DNA of 32,000 nucleotides, taken from assembly GCA_001761425.1 (NCBI GenBank), contig CP012986.1, positions 150,001 to 182,000 on the forward strand, in the 5' to 3' direction. Both the position numbers and the translations under genes were made by a program. The first letter of the stretch is position 1. Every line of letters begins with the position of its first letter. The DNA is from Candidatus Saccharimonadota bacterium. Lineage in GTDB: Archaea; Nanohalarchaeota; Nanosalinia; Nanosalinales; Nanosalinaceae. Shown here piece after piece: positions 24,783 to 32,000 of the stretch. Below the pieces are notes generated by a model. It did not search any database and was not told where the DNA came from. It was given only the letters and a program-made list of their open reading frames with translations.

Positions 24783-25169
24783 TTAGTTCTGAGGTAGGAT
24801 GTTAACTGATTCGGTGTGTTTGCTTCCTTCCAGGTCGTTGAAGAACTGGATTACTTTTTCTGCGACGCCGTTTGTGTGAAAGACTTCCAGGCAGTTCTCT
24901 CCGTCCAGCTTGCTGTGCAGCTGTGTTGTGATAACGTCGTTGAACTCGTGAGCTATCTCTGCTATTTTCTGTTCTTTCCTGTGTGGGTGGCGTGCGATAA
25001 CAACTGCGTTCAGGTCTCCTTCCAGCCTCTTGTTATCCATCACCTTCTGGTGCAGGTTCTCCACGGCCTTCCGTATTAGCTCGCTTCTACCGCTGAAGCT
25101 GGCATTTTCCTGTATGTCATCAATTTTAACCAGAGTGTCCTCGTCCAGAGACAGACTTATTATATCCAT
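24783..25169 (-). CDS. nikR: NikR-family metal-responsive regulator (ribbon-helix-helix plus C-terminal metal-binding domain)
   Basis: N-terminal RHH (ISLSLDEDTLVKIDD…GRSELIRKAVENL) and a His-containing C-terminal domain (VIARHPHRKE…, EVFHTNG). Confidence 0.7.
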   Translation of the reverse strand: MDIISLSLDEDTLVKIDDIQENASFSGRSELIRKAVENLHQKVMDNKRLEGDLNAVVIARHPHRKEQKIAEIAHEFNDVITTQLHSKLDGENCLEVFHTNGVAEKVIQFFNDLEGSKHTESVNILPQN

Positions 25170-25177
25170 AACAGGGA

Positions 25178-25207
25178 ATTAATAGGAGTGCTTAAAAAGT
25201 TATTAAT
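25178..25207. promoter_or_regulatory. 7-bp inverted repeat ATTAATA-N16-TATTAAT in the divergent nikR-like/ZIP promoter region
   Basis: The arms at 25178-25184 and 25201-25207 are perfect reverse complements with a 16-nt spacer. Each arm also sits about 27-37 nt from one of the two start codons, so they could be TATA boxes. Confidence 0.35.
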
Positions 25208-25219
25208 CAAGTGGTGTGT

Positions 25220-25954
25220 ATGGTAATTGGAACTACGCTAATAGCGCTTTTTGCCACAACACTGCTTTCAGGCCTTGGAGCACTGTTTCTGGGCCTCAGC
25301 GAAGAAAGAACGGATGAACTAACACCTTACCTTGTATCTCTATCCGCAGGAACGATATTTGGAGGAGTCTTCATACATCTCGTGTTCAAACTGGCCAATA
25401 AACTAGGTTACACACGGGAAACAGGTCTTTTAGTCCTTGGAGGCATGTTCCTGTCACTGTTGCTGGAGAGGCTGGTCCACTGGCACTGTCACAACCAGGA
25501 TCATCACGTCGAGGCCTTCTCCTACGTCCTTCTGGCGGGAGACGCGGTTCACAACGTCCTCGATGGTATTCTGGTAGCATCAAGCTTTCTGGCGGGCTTT
25601 CCGGCAGGAATAGCAGCAACTATCGGAGTCATGCTGCACAAAGTTCCAAAAGAAGCTGGGGACTTCGGTGTACTTGTACAGAGCGGATTCTCAAGACTCA
25701 AAGCGATCGGATTTAACATAGGGGTAAGCCTGTTCATGTTCGCAGGTGCAGGGATTGTACTGGGCCTTGCATCGGTAGCAGGAAACGTCAACCTGTACCT
25801 GCTGCCTCTGGTGATCGGAAACTTCGTCTACATCGCAGGAAGCGACCTCTTACCGCGGTTCAAGGCTGAAGATAATCTCATGCTGCACTCGATAATGTTT
25901 TCGACAGGTGTAGCAGTCATGTACGCAGTACCTTACGTCAAAGGCCTGATATAG
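25220..25954 (+). CDS. ZIP-family divalent metal transporter (ZupT-like)
   Basis: Multi-TM protein. HNVLDGILVASSF and HKVPKEAGDFGVL match ZIP signature helices. His-rich loop HWHCHNQDHH. ATG at 25220 is preferred over the GTG at 25211. Confidence 0.8.
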   Translation: MVIGTTLIALFATTLLSGLGALFLGLSEERTDELTPYLVSLSAGTIFGGVFIHLVFKLANKLGYTRETGLLVLGGMFLSLLLERLVHWHCHNQDHHVEAFSYVLLAGDAVHNVLDGILVASSFLAGFPAGIAATIGVMLHKVPKEAGDFGVLVQSGFSRLKAIGFNIGVSLFMFAGAGIVLGLASVAGNVNLYLLPLVIGNFVYIAGSDLLPRFKAEDNLMLHSIMFSTGVAVMYAVPYVKGLI

Positions 25955-25958
25955 GCCT

Positions 25959-25970
25959 TCTACGTTTTTT
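25959..25970 (+). terminator. Oligo-T tract after the ZIP gene
   Basis: …TAGGCCTTCTACGTTTTTTC. A T6 run follows two AGGCCT copies (25942-25947, 25953-25958) that flank the stop. Confidence 0.4.
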
Positions 25971-26054
25971 CTCTGTGAGACAATCTCATCACAGGACTTT
26001 AATCCGCAGAAAAATACCAGATGGAGAGTAGAGGCCCGGATAAGGTTCTGGTTT

Positions 26055-27128
26055 CTAGATAAAGTCTTTTACGGTCTCGAAGAAGGATTTGTCTGTTTTT
26101 TTCTCTTTTTTGTGTTTTTCAAAGATTTCCTCGTCTTCCTCGCTGACATCTTCTGGTATTTCGACATCCAGTTTTACGAAGAGGTCGCCGTAGCCTCTTC
26201 TTCCGGGCATGCCTTTTCCAGAGAGACGCAGGACCTGGCCGGGCTGTGCGCCTTCGGGAACGGTCACGCTGTAGGTTCCTGATGGTGCGTCTATCTCGGC
26301 TTCTGCGCCCAGTACTGCGTCTCCGAGGCCTAAGTCAAGGGTGGTGAACAGGTCTGAATCACGTCTTTCGAACTCTTTGCTTGCCTCTACGGTTACGAAG
26401 ATATACAGGTCGCCTGGACGACCTTTCTTTGAGGCGTTGCCTTTACGTTCAATTCTAACTTTCTGGCCGTCTCTTACTCCTTCAGGAATATCTACTGTGA
26501 TTTGTTCTTCTTTCTCTACAAGGCCTTTGCCGCTGCATTTGCTGCATTTTTCATCTGGTATCTCTCCTGTTCCGTTACATTCCTGGCATTCCTGTACTGT
26601 CTGTGCTCTTCCCAGAGGTGTTCTCTCAATCTTCTGTACACGGCCTTCTCCGTCGCAGTTGGAACAGGTTGTAGTATCTCCGTTTTCAGCTCCTGTGCCG
26701 TTACAGGCCTCGCATTCATGCTTCCTCGAGACTTCAAAAGTCTTTTCTACGCCTTTGTAGGCCTCTTCCAGTGTTATCCTGGTCTGTATCTTCAGATTCG
26801 CGCCTTTTTGCTGTCTTCTTTTTCTTCTGCGTCCGCCGCCTCCGAAGATCTGTTCGAAGATATCCTGGAAGTTTGAAGCTGCTCTGCGTTTGCCTCTACC
26901 GGCGTGGCCTTCAACTCCCTGTTTTCCGAACTGGTCGTACTTCTTCCTCTTATCCTCATCGGAGAGAACATCGTAGGCCTTGTTAATCTTTTTGAACTTT
27001 TCCTCGTCCGCTGTATCGCTGTTGGAATCAGGATGGTATTTTTTCGCCTTTTTCCTGTAGGCTTTCTTGATTTCGTCTTGGCTTGCGTCTTCGTTTACGC
27101 CTAGAGTTCTGTAGTATTCTTTGGTCAT
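26055..27128 (-). CDS. dnaJ: Chaperone DnaJ (Hsp40, type I)
   Basis: J domain with HPD, a Gly-rich linker and four CxxCxGxG motifs ([32 protein letters not shown]). Confidence 0.95.
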   Translation of the reverse strand: MTKEYYRTLGVNEDASQDEIKKAYRKKAKKYHPDSNSDTADEEKFKKINKAYDVLSDEDKRKKYDQFGKQGVEGHAGRGKRRAASNFQDIFEQIFGGGGRRRKRRQQKGANLKIQTRITLEEAYKGVEKTFEVSRKHECEACNGTGAENGDTTTCSNCDGEGRVQKIERTPLGRAQTVQECQECNGTGEIPDEKCSKCSGKGLVEKEEQITVDIPEGVRDGQKVRIERKGNASKKGRPGDLYIFVTVEASKEFERRDSDLFTTLDLGLGDAVLGAEAEIDAPSGTYSVTVPEGAQPGQVLRLSGKGMPGRRGYGDLFVKLDVEIPEDVSEEDEEIFEKHKKEKKTDKSFFETVKDFI

Positions 27129-27162
27129 GGTTTTTTATTCTTCTGTTGGTCGTGTGCTGATT

Positions 27163-27348
27163 ATGGATTTTTTTGAACTCGAAGATCTTGAGGAAGACAG
27201 GAAATTCTGGGTGCTTGTAATCGGTTTCAGCTTCGGCTCAGGTCTTCTCCAGCTTATTCTTGGTGAATCCTTGATGGCTATCACGGCCTTTGGAGCCGCT
27301 GGCATCCTGGCGATTTTAGCCCATCAGAAACTGGATGGAGAGGCCTGA
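27163..27348 (+). CDS. Candidate small two-TM membrane protein, antisense-oriented between dnaK and dnaJ
   Basis: MDFFELEDLEEDRKFWVLVIGFSFGSGLLQLILGESLMAITAFGAAGILAILAHQKLDGEA. It fills the 230-nt dnaK-dnaJ spacer. There is no homology evidence. Confidence 0.3.
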   Translation: MDFFELEDLEEDRKFWVLVIGFSFGSGLLQLILGESLMAITAFGAAGILAILAHQKLDGEA

Positions 27349-27358
27349 AAACAGGCCT

Positions 27359-29275
27359 TTACTCTTCTTCGTCCTCTGTGTCTACTTCTTCGTAGTCTGC
27401 GTCGACTACTTCGTCTTCTCCACCTTGCTGTGGGCCTCCGCCCATGTTCATGTTCTGTGCGGCTTGTTTGAGGTCTTCTTCGCTCATGTTGGATGGATCG
27501 AAGCCGCCCATTCCTCCTGGGCCTTCTCCGTCGTACATTTCCTGGCCGATCTCCTGAAGCTTCTCTTCAAGATCTTCGATTGCTTCTTCGATTTCCTCCT
27601 TTGCTTCTTCAAGGTCGTCGGCGTCTTCCGTATCTTCTCTTACTTCTTCAAGGCCTTTGACAGCTTCCTGTACTTCTTCGATGACTTCTTTGTCCAGTTC
27701 GTCTTCGAAGTTGTCGAGTTGGCTCTCTGCCTGGTTGACCATGGAATCCGCCTTGTTCTGGGCCTCGATGAACTCTCTTTTCAGTTTGTCTTCTTCCTCG
27801 TGTTTCTCTGCTTCTTCCTTCATATCTTCGATTTCATCGTCGTCGAGGCGGGAAGCGTCGTCTATACTGATTGAGGCCTCTTCTCCGCTCTGTTGTTCTT
27901 CCGCTGAGACCTGGAGGATTCCGTCGGAGTCGATTTCGAACGTTACTTCGATCTGTGGCTGTCCTGCGGGAGCTGGTGGAAGGCCTTGCAGGTTGAACTG
28001 GCCTAGGGACTTGTTGTCTTTTGCCATTTCTCTTTCTCCCTGTACTACGTGGACTGTGACCATTGTCTGGTTGTCCTGTGCTGTCGTGAAGGTCTTGGAT
28101 TCTTCAGCAGGGATCGTGGTGTTTTCTTCGATTAGTGTCTCTGTGAGGCCTCCCTTTACTTCTACGCCCAGTGAGAGAGGTGCTACGTCGAGTAGCAGGA
28201 TGTCGTCCATATCTCCACTGATGCTTCCTGCCTGGATTGCTGCTCCGTCTGCTACTGCTTCTGCAGGGTTGATTTCCTGGTTAGGTTTCTGGCCTGTGAT
28301 GGCCTGTACGTGTTCACGGACTGCTGGGACTCTTGTGGTTCCTCCGACGAGGATGACTTCGTCGATCGCTGATTTGTCGACTCCTGCGTCTTCGATGGCT
28401 TTTTCTGTAGGATCTGTGGTTTTCTGGATCAGGCCTTCGACGAGTTCTTCGAACCTGGATCTTGTAAGCTCCGTATCTACGTTGTAGGTGTCTCCGTCTT
28501 CCTGGTGGATGAACGGGATGTTGATTTTGGTCTTTTTAAGTGAGGAGAGTTCTTTCTTTGCCTCTTCAGCGTTTTCTCTGATTCTCTGCATTGCCTCGTC
28601 GTTTTCTGAGAGGTCGATTTCATTCTCTTCCTCGAATTCTTCAAGTATGTAGTCTACGATCTCTTGGTCGAAATCGTCTCCTCCGAGGTCGTTGATTCCT
28701 TCTGTCGACTGGACTTCGTAGATTCCGTCTCCCATCTCCAGAAGGGTTACGTCGAAAGTTCCTCCTCCGAAGTCGTATACAAGAACAGTCTGATCCTTGT
28801 CATCGTCCAGTCCATAGGCTAAGGAGGCTGCTGTAGGTTCATTCAGGATTCTTTCAACTTCAAGGCCTGCGATCTCTCCAGCGTCCTTTGTCGCCTGCCT
28901 CTGAGTATCATCAAAATGTGCAGGAACTGTAATTACTGCCTTATCGAACTTCTCACCTGTTTTCTCTTCTGCGTCGTTTTTCAGCTTCTGGAGGATCTTC
29001 GCGGAAATTTCCTGTGGAGTATAGTCCTCTCCCTCAAGCTCCACACTGTAATCCTCTCCCATGTGGCGCTTGATAGATTTCACGGTATTTCCCTGGTTCG
29101 TCAGCATCTGGTTCTTTGCCGGCTTACCGACTAGCAGCTCATCGTCGTCGAAAGCAACGACTGAAGGCGTCACACGTTCGCCCTCTACATTTTCAATTAT
29201 CTTTGATTCGCCGTCTTTTACATAAGCCATTGCACTTCTTGTCGTACCAAGGTCGATACCTAGAATCTTTCCCAT
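27359..29275 (-). CDS. dnaK: Chaperone DnaK (Hsp70)
   Basis: [26 protein letters not shown] and an acidic C-terminal tail. Start placed at [12 protein letters not shown] (ATG 29275) rather than the listed 29308. Confidence 0.97.
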   Translation of the reverse strand: MGKILGIDLGTTRSAMAYVKDGESKIIENVEGERVTPSVVAFDDDELLVGKPAKNQMLTNQGNTVKSIKRHMGEDYSVELEGEDYTPQEISAKILQKLKNDAEEKTGEKFDKAVITVPAHFDDTQRQATKDAGEIAGLEVERILNEPTAASLAYGLDDDKDQTVLVYDFGGGTFDVTLLEMGDGIYEVQSTEGINDLGGDDFDQEIVDYILEEFEEENEIDLSENDEAMQRIRENAEEAKKELSSLKKTKINIPFIHQEDGDTYNVDTELTRSRFEELVEGLIQKTTDPTEKAIEDAGVDKSAIDEVILVGGTTRVPAVREHVQAITGQKPNQEINPAEAVADGAAIQAGSISGDMDDILLLDVAPLSLGVEVKGGLTETLIEENTTIPAEESKTFTTAQDNQTMVTVHVVQGEREMAKDNKSLGQFNLQGLPPAPAGQPQIEVTFEIDSDGILQVSAEEQQSGEEASISIDDASRLDDDEIEDMKEEAEKHEEEDKLKREFIEAQNKADSMVNQAESQLDNFEDELDKEVIEEVQEAVKGLEEVREDTEDADDLEEAKEEIEEAIEDLEEKLQEIGQEMYDGEGPGGMGGFDPSNMSEEDLKQAAQNMNMGGGPQQGGEDEVVDADYEEVDTEDEEE

Positions 29276-29367
29276 TTGAACTACACCTGTTTTTACAGAC
29301 AACAACAAAAACTTTTAAACTGAACGCCCGGCCTTAGAATCGATTTAAAACGCCCTGAGAGGCCTCT

Positions 29368-29877
29368 TTATTCTTCCTGTTCTCCTGTTTTCTCGCTGAC
29401 CACTACTTCGGCAGGCCTCAGAACTTTTTCTCCGTACATGTAGCCAGGCCTTTTCTGCTCCAGAATTTTTCTTTCCTCTTCGTGTTCTCGTGTTTCAACG
29501 GCGTTATGGATGTTGGGGTCGAATTCTTCTCCCTGTGCGTCGATCCTCTGAAGGCCTTTTTTCTCCAGGGTCTCATACAGCTGGTCGGAAACCATTTTCA
29601 CTCCCTGTAAAAGTGTGGAATCTTCGTCTGCGGACATGATTGCGCGCTCTAAGTTATCCATGACTGAGATCAGCTCCTGTGCAAGTTTTTCCCGGGCCTG
29701 TTCTTTGTGTCTTTCTTTCCTTTCATCTTCTTTCTTTTTGTAGTTCTCGAAGTCGGCCTTTGCCTTCTTTGCTTTTTCTTCCCATTCTGAAGATTCTTTT
29801 TCTGCTTCGATCGATCTTTTCTCCATTTCCTCTAGTGCTTCGATAAGTTCCTCGCGGGACAGGTTTTCGTAGTTCAT
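29368..29877 (-). CDS. grpE: Nucleotide exchange factor GrpE
   Basis: Coiled N-terminus, FENYKKK…, a GrpE core (…DNLERA…, …GEEFDPNIHNAV…, …GYMYGEKVLRPAEVVV). Lies upstream of dnaK. Confidence 0.9.
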   Translation of the reverse strand: MNYENLSREELIEALEEMEKRSIEAEKESSEWEEKAKKAKADFENYKKKEDERKERHKEQAREKLAQELISVMDNLERAIMSADEDSTLLQGVKMVSDQLYETLEKKGLQRIDAQGEEFDPNIHNAVETREHEEERKILEQKRPGYMYGEKVLRPAEVVVSEKTGEQEE

Positions 29878-29958
29878 ACAGCCGAAAGATAGGCCTTGAA
29901 GTTTTTAATTCGGTACGAAAAACCAGAAACTCTTAACTGTTACCTTCAAGTAGTAACC

Positions 29959-30711
29959 ATGGTCGGGGGTTACTGGGGTCACGAAGATTATTCTAGCGGT
30001 GTAGAGGTGCAGGGTTCGCTGGATACTGTGCCTGAGGACCTTGGTATCGATGTCCATGATTCGAACGTTAATGAGGACGATATCTACTGGGCTGAGGCCT
30101 GTGAGACAGGAGAGGCAGTTCTGGTTAAGGATGGGGATGTCGAGTTTGGTAACGCGCCGCCCGCGAATTTGCTGGCCTATGAACTGTTTTCTGATACAGA
30201 TATTACTGTACCGGACGTCGGATACTCTGCTGAGAGAGATGAGGTTTATATAGAAATCCTGGAAGGCTACGATGGGACTGTACAGTCGATAGGCGAGGGA
30301 AATCAGAGCGACTTTATGAAATGCGTTGCTGCAAAGGCCTTGATCGGTGATCCGGATCTAATGCATAATATAGGAAAGGTGGAGGATGGCTACGCGTTGA
30401 TCGATCCTGATCAGGCTGGTGCACCGATCTTTACTTTTGAGGAGGATGTCTTCGATTACTTGGAGGTTATTAACTCCGGAACCTCCTTCGATATCTCGCG
30501 CCAGGATTTCAGAGAAGCTGTGGAGAAGGTCTCTGGAAAAGTAGGTGAAGGCCGTCTTGAGGCCTCTCTGGAAAAACTTGAAGTTTTCAAGGAGAGTATC
30601 CCGGCTTACGCTAATTTTGAGCCGGATTTTATACGCGGTAATTTCCGGTCTGCGTCTGAAGGTTTTCAGAAAATTAAGACGGAGGAAAGGCCTCTGGTTC
30701 CGAAGAGTTGA
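29959..30711 (+). CDS. Hypothetical acidic protein
   Basis: Start preferred at ATG 29959 (MVGGYWGHEDY…) rather than the listed TTG at 29896. I recognise no family. Confidence 0.5.
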   Translation: MVGGYWGHEDYSSGVEVQGSLDTVPEDLGIDVHDSNVNEDDIYWAEACETGEAVLVKDGDVEFGNAPPANLLAYELFSDTDITVPDVGYSAERDEVYIEILEGYDGTVQSIGEGNQSDFMKCVAAKALIGDPDLMHNIGKVEDGYALIDPDQAGAPIFTFEEDVFDYLEVINSGTSFDISRQDFREAVEKVSGKVGEGRLEASLEKLEVFKESIPAYANFEPDFIRGNFRSASEGFQKIKTEERPLVPKS

Positions 30712-30737
30712 TATACTTTCTTTGTTAAGAACTGTTT

Positions 30738-31220
30738 ATGGCTGAAGAGGATCATCCTTTTGCTGATGCTACGGCGCGCAAAACCTCTACAATAGTTACT
30801 AAACACAGTATTGCGGTTCCTGAGGATGAACAGAAGTTCAAGAAGTCGGAGAGAGCATGGAACTGGGAAAAGATTGTCGACCTCATCTTCCCTGAGGAAC
30901 AGTCGCCTAAGCGGAACAGGTATGCGAAGATCTTTCTCCGTGAATTAAAGGATGAAGGCACTATAAACTCGGAGAAGCTGAATGCGTTCGATGAATGGGG
31001 TCATGAAAAAGGAAAATCAAATCTGAAGAACAATATTTTGCCAAAGCTACGTCGTATAGGAATTATACAGTACGAATATATTGAATATCGAGGCGAGAGA
31101 GAAGGTTCTAAAGGCCGTCGCAAAATTATCAAGCCAGCAAAATCTTTTACTTCGATACTGGACTCTATGGCGAACGGTTGGTCTACATTCGAGTCAGCTG
31201 CGTACCAGAATCATGACTAA
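30738..31220 (+). CDS. Hypothetical basic protein, possibly wHTH DNA-binding
   Basis: 160 aa and Lys/Arg-rich, unlike the acidic bulk proteome. …NLKNNILPKLRRIGIIQYEYIEYRG… looks like a recognition helix plus wing. It contains no AGGCCT. Confidence 0.45.
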   Translation: MAEEDHPFADATARKTSTIVTKHSIAVPEDEQKFKKSERAWNWEKIVDLIFPEEQSPKRNRYAKIFLRELKDEGTINSEKLNAFDEWGHEKGKSNLKNNILPKLRRIGIIQYEYIEYRGEREGSKGRRKIIKPAKSFTSILDSMANGWSTFESAAYQNHD

Positions 31221-31339
31221 GGCCTTTCAAATCCGGTTATTTTGTTTTATCGTTATGAGATAGATATCTCTAAGGCCTCTGGACGCTACAGCTTCTCTTT
31301 CAAATTCTTAGAGGGCTGTGGCTGTAACGAGGTTTGCCT

Positions 31340-31800
31340 TTGCCGAGACTTCAGTTTCCTCTCTGCGGTCTTCCTCTGACTGTGCCTGAAGCTCTGTCTC
31401 GAAGTTGCGTGTGTTGGCGTTCATTGTGGTGTTTTACCTCTATGTTTTCGTGTTTTGATCGTCGGGTTGACGCATCCGGGAAGTTTGTATAGGGTCGGAG
31501 GCAGGTTCCACCTTGCAAGCAGAACCTGCCCTGTTGGCCTAGTTCCGTCAAGAGCATAACATGCTCCCTTAACCTCTGTGTCCCATAGAGGCAGAGGAAC
31601 CGGTACCAATCAAATAACCTTGGTATTCACGGTCGGTCGTTGGCCCGTCATTCAGGCCAAGACTTCATCCCGCTTTACTCTGCCAGGAAATAATTAATAA
31701 TGGAGAATGTAGCCTTGGCCTGGTTATGAGTGGGTCTCACCAGATCCATTGACATACACATGTTTCCAGCGGACCATGTAGTATTAACCAAGGCCATTTT
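31340..31800 (+). ncRNA. Candidate structured ncRNA of undetermined class (RNase P RNA or SRP RNA should be tested); strand tentative
   Basis: ORF-poor and locally GC-richer. Consecutive perfect stems at 31345-31400, 31460-31472, 31500-31530 (9 bp), 31552-31566, 31573-31597, 31599-31633 and 31640-31660. There is a long-range stem at 31717-31726/31785-31795. A 10-bp pairing 31440-31449/31703-31712 works only on the + strand because it has 3 G-U pairs. Confidence 0.35.
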
Positions 31801-31842
31801 CGACAAATTGTAATAGCCAGCCCACGTTTAAAAGTCTTCCCT

Positions 31843-32000
31843 TCAATCAAGGTGAGGCTCGAAAATATCTGCTCTCAACCGGTTATGCGTGCGCTCAAGA
31901 AGATCTCTGAGATTCACGGTATCATACTGGTTGTACTCGACCAGTTTACGTAAGGCCTCTTCATCTCCTTCTTTCTCATATTTTTTCCACAGCCTGATAG
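31843..32000 (-). CDS. 3' end of a gene extending past the window; RNase H-like/DnaQ-fold exonuclease C-terminus (YprB/COG3359-like)
   Basis: The minus-strand frame reads …IRLWKKYEKEGDEEALRKLVEYNQYDTVNLRDLLERAHNRLRADIFEPHLD, with the stop at 31843-31845. The YNxxDVxxL-type motif is typical of that family. Resemblance only. Confidence 0.4.
   Translation of the reverse strand, partial: IRLWKKYEKEGDEEALRKLVEYNQYDTVNLRDLLERTHNRLRADIFEPHLD

Noticed and set aside
31351-31609. Two minus-strand ORFs of 68 and 62 aa in the 31.3-31.6 kb region.
   Set aside because: Their composition is basic and Cys/Arg/Pro-rich. They overlap each other and coincide with a dense series of perfect hairpins, so the region is more likely a structured RNA or spacer than coding.
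31573-31636. Resemblance of CCCAUAGAGGCAGAGGAACCGGUACCAAUC… to the 5' half of 5S rRNA (CCAUAGCGG…CCGUACCCAUC).
   Set aside because: The downstream 5S elements (GAAC…GGAAGUUAAGC, the helix IV/V region) are missing, and the local folding gives different hairpins. I treat it as part of the unclassified structured region.
1-32000. A search for mobile elements, integrases, toxin-antitoxin pairs, restriction-modification or other recognisable defence genes.
   Set aside because: I could recognise no transposase, integrase, nuclease/helicase/ATPase defence signature or CRISPR repeat in any frame. The hypothetical genes (7177-8955, 12535-12924, 13823-14467, 29959-31220) remain unassigned rather than assigned to defence.

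Overview
This is an archaeal chromosomal segment. The markers are RadA, an RPA-like ssDNA-binding protein, a single-domain HMf-type histone, a DUF359-type dephospho-CoA kinase and a Sec11/SipW-type signal peptidase. The predicted proteome is strongly Asp/Glu-rich and GC is moderate, which fits a salt-in halophile. My best guess is a nanohaloarchaeon or DPANN-like halophile, but that is inference only.

I support about 40 protein genes, mostly on the minus strand:
- a 5'-truncated M42 aminopeptidase
- a MacB/FtsX-type ABC transporter operon with a secreted CARDB/S-layer-like protein and a divergent wHTH regulator
- thpR, and a histone-RPA-radA cluster
- an M24 Xaa-Pro peptidase
- a fused dephospho-CoA kinase/PPAT gene
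- a cell-surface gene island at 15.8-23.3 kb
- glyoxalase I
- a divergent NikR-family regulator and ZIP metal transporter pair
- grpE-dnaK-dnaJ
- many acidic hypothetical proteins

I recognised no rRNA, tRNA, CRISPR array, transposase or integrase.

The most striking signal is a roughly 15-20 fold excess of the palindrome AGGCCT. I counted about 140 copies by hand. It occurs in nearly every intergenic spacer and inside genes, mostly phased as x-Gly-Leu, and a few gene-sized islands lack it.

Other leads:
- a signal-peptidase-centred island encoding a hyper-acidic protein with 13 Trp-Asp repeats and a Lys/Glu-rich secreted protein
- a duplicated promoter-plus-gene module with a 31-codon remnant uORF
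- a start-less 122-codon open frame downstream of a small gene
- a multi-hairpin, ORF-free candidate ncRNA at about 31.3-31.8 kb
- a 7-N16-7 inverted repeat between the NikR-like and ZIP genes
- a gene-poor 0.9 kb stretch with local repeats

All calls rest on reading the sequence and ORF translations. No database search was run.
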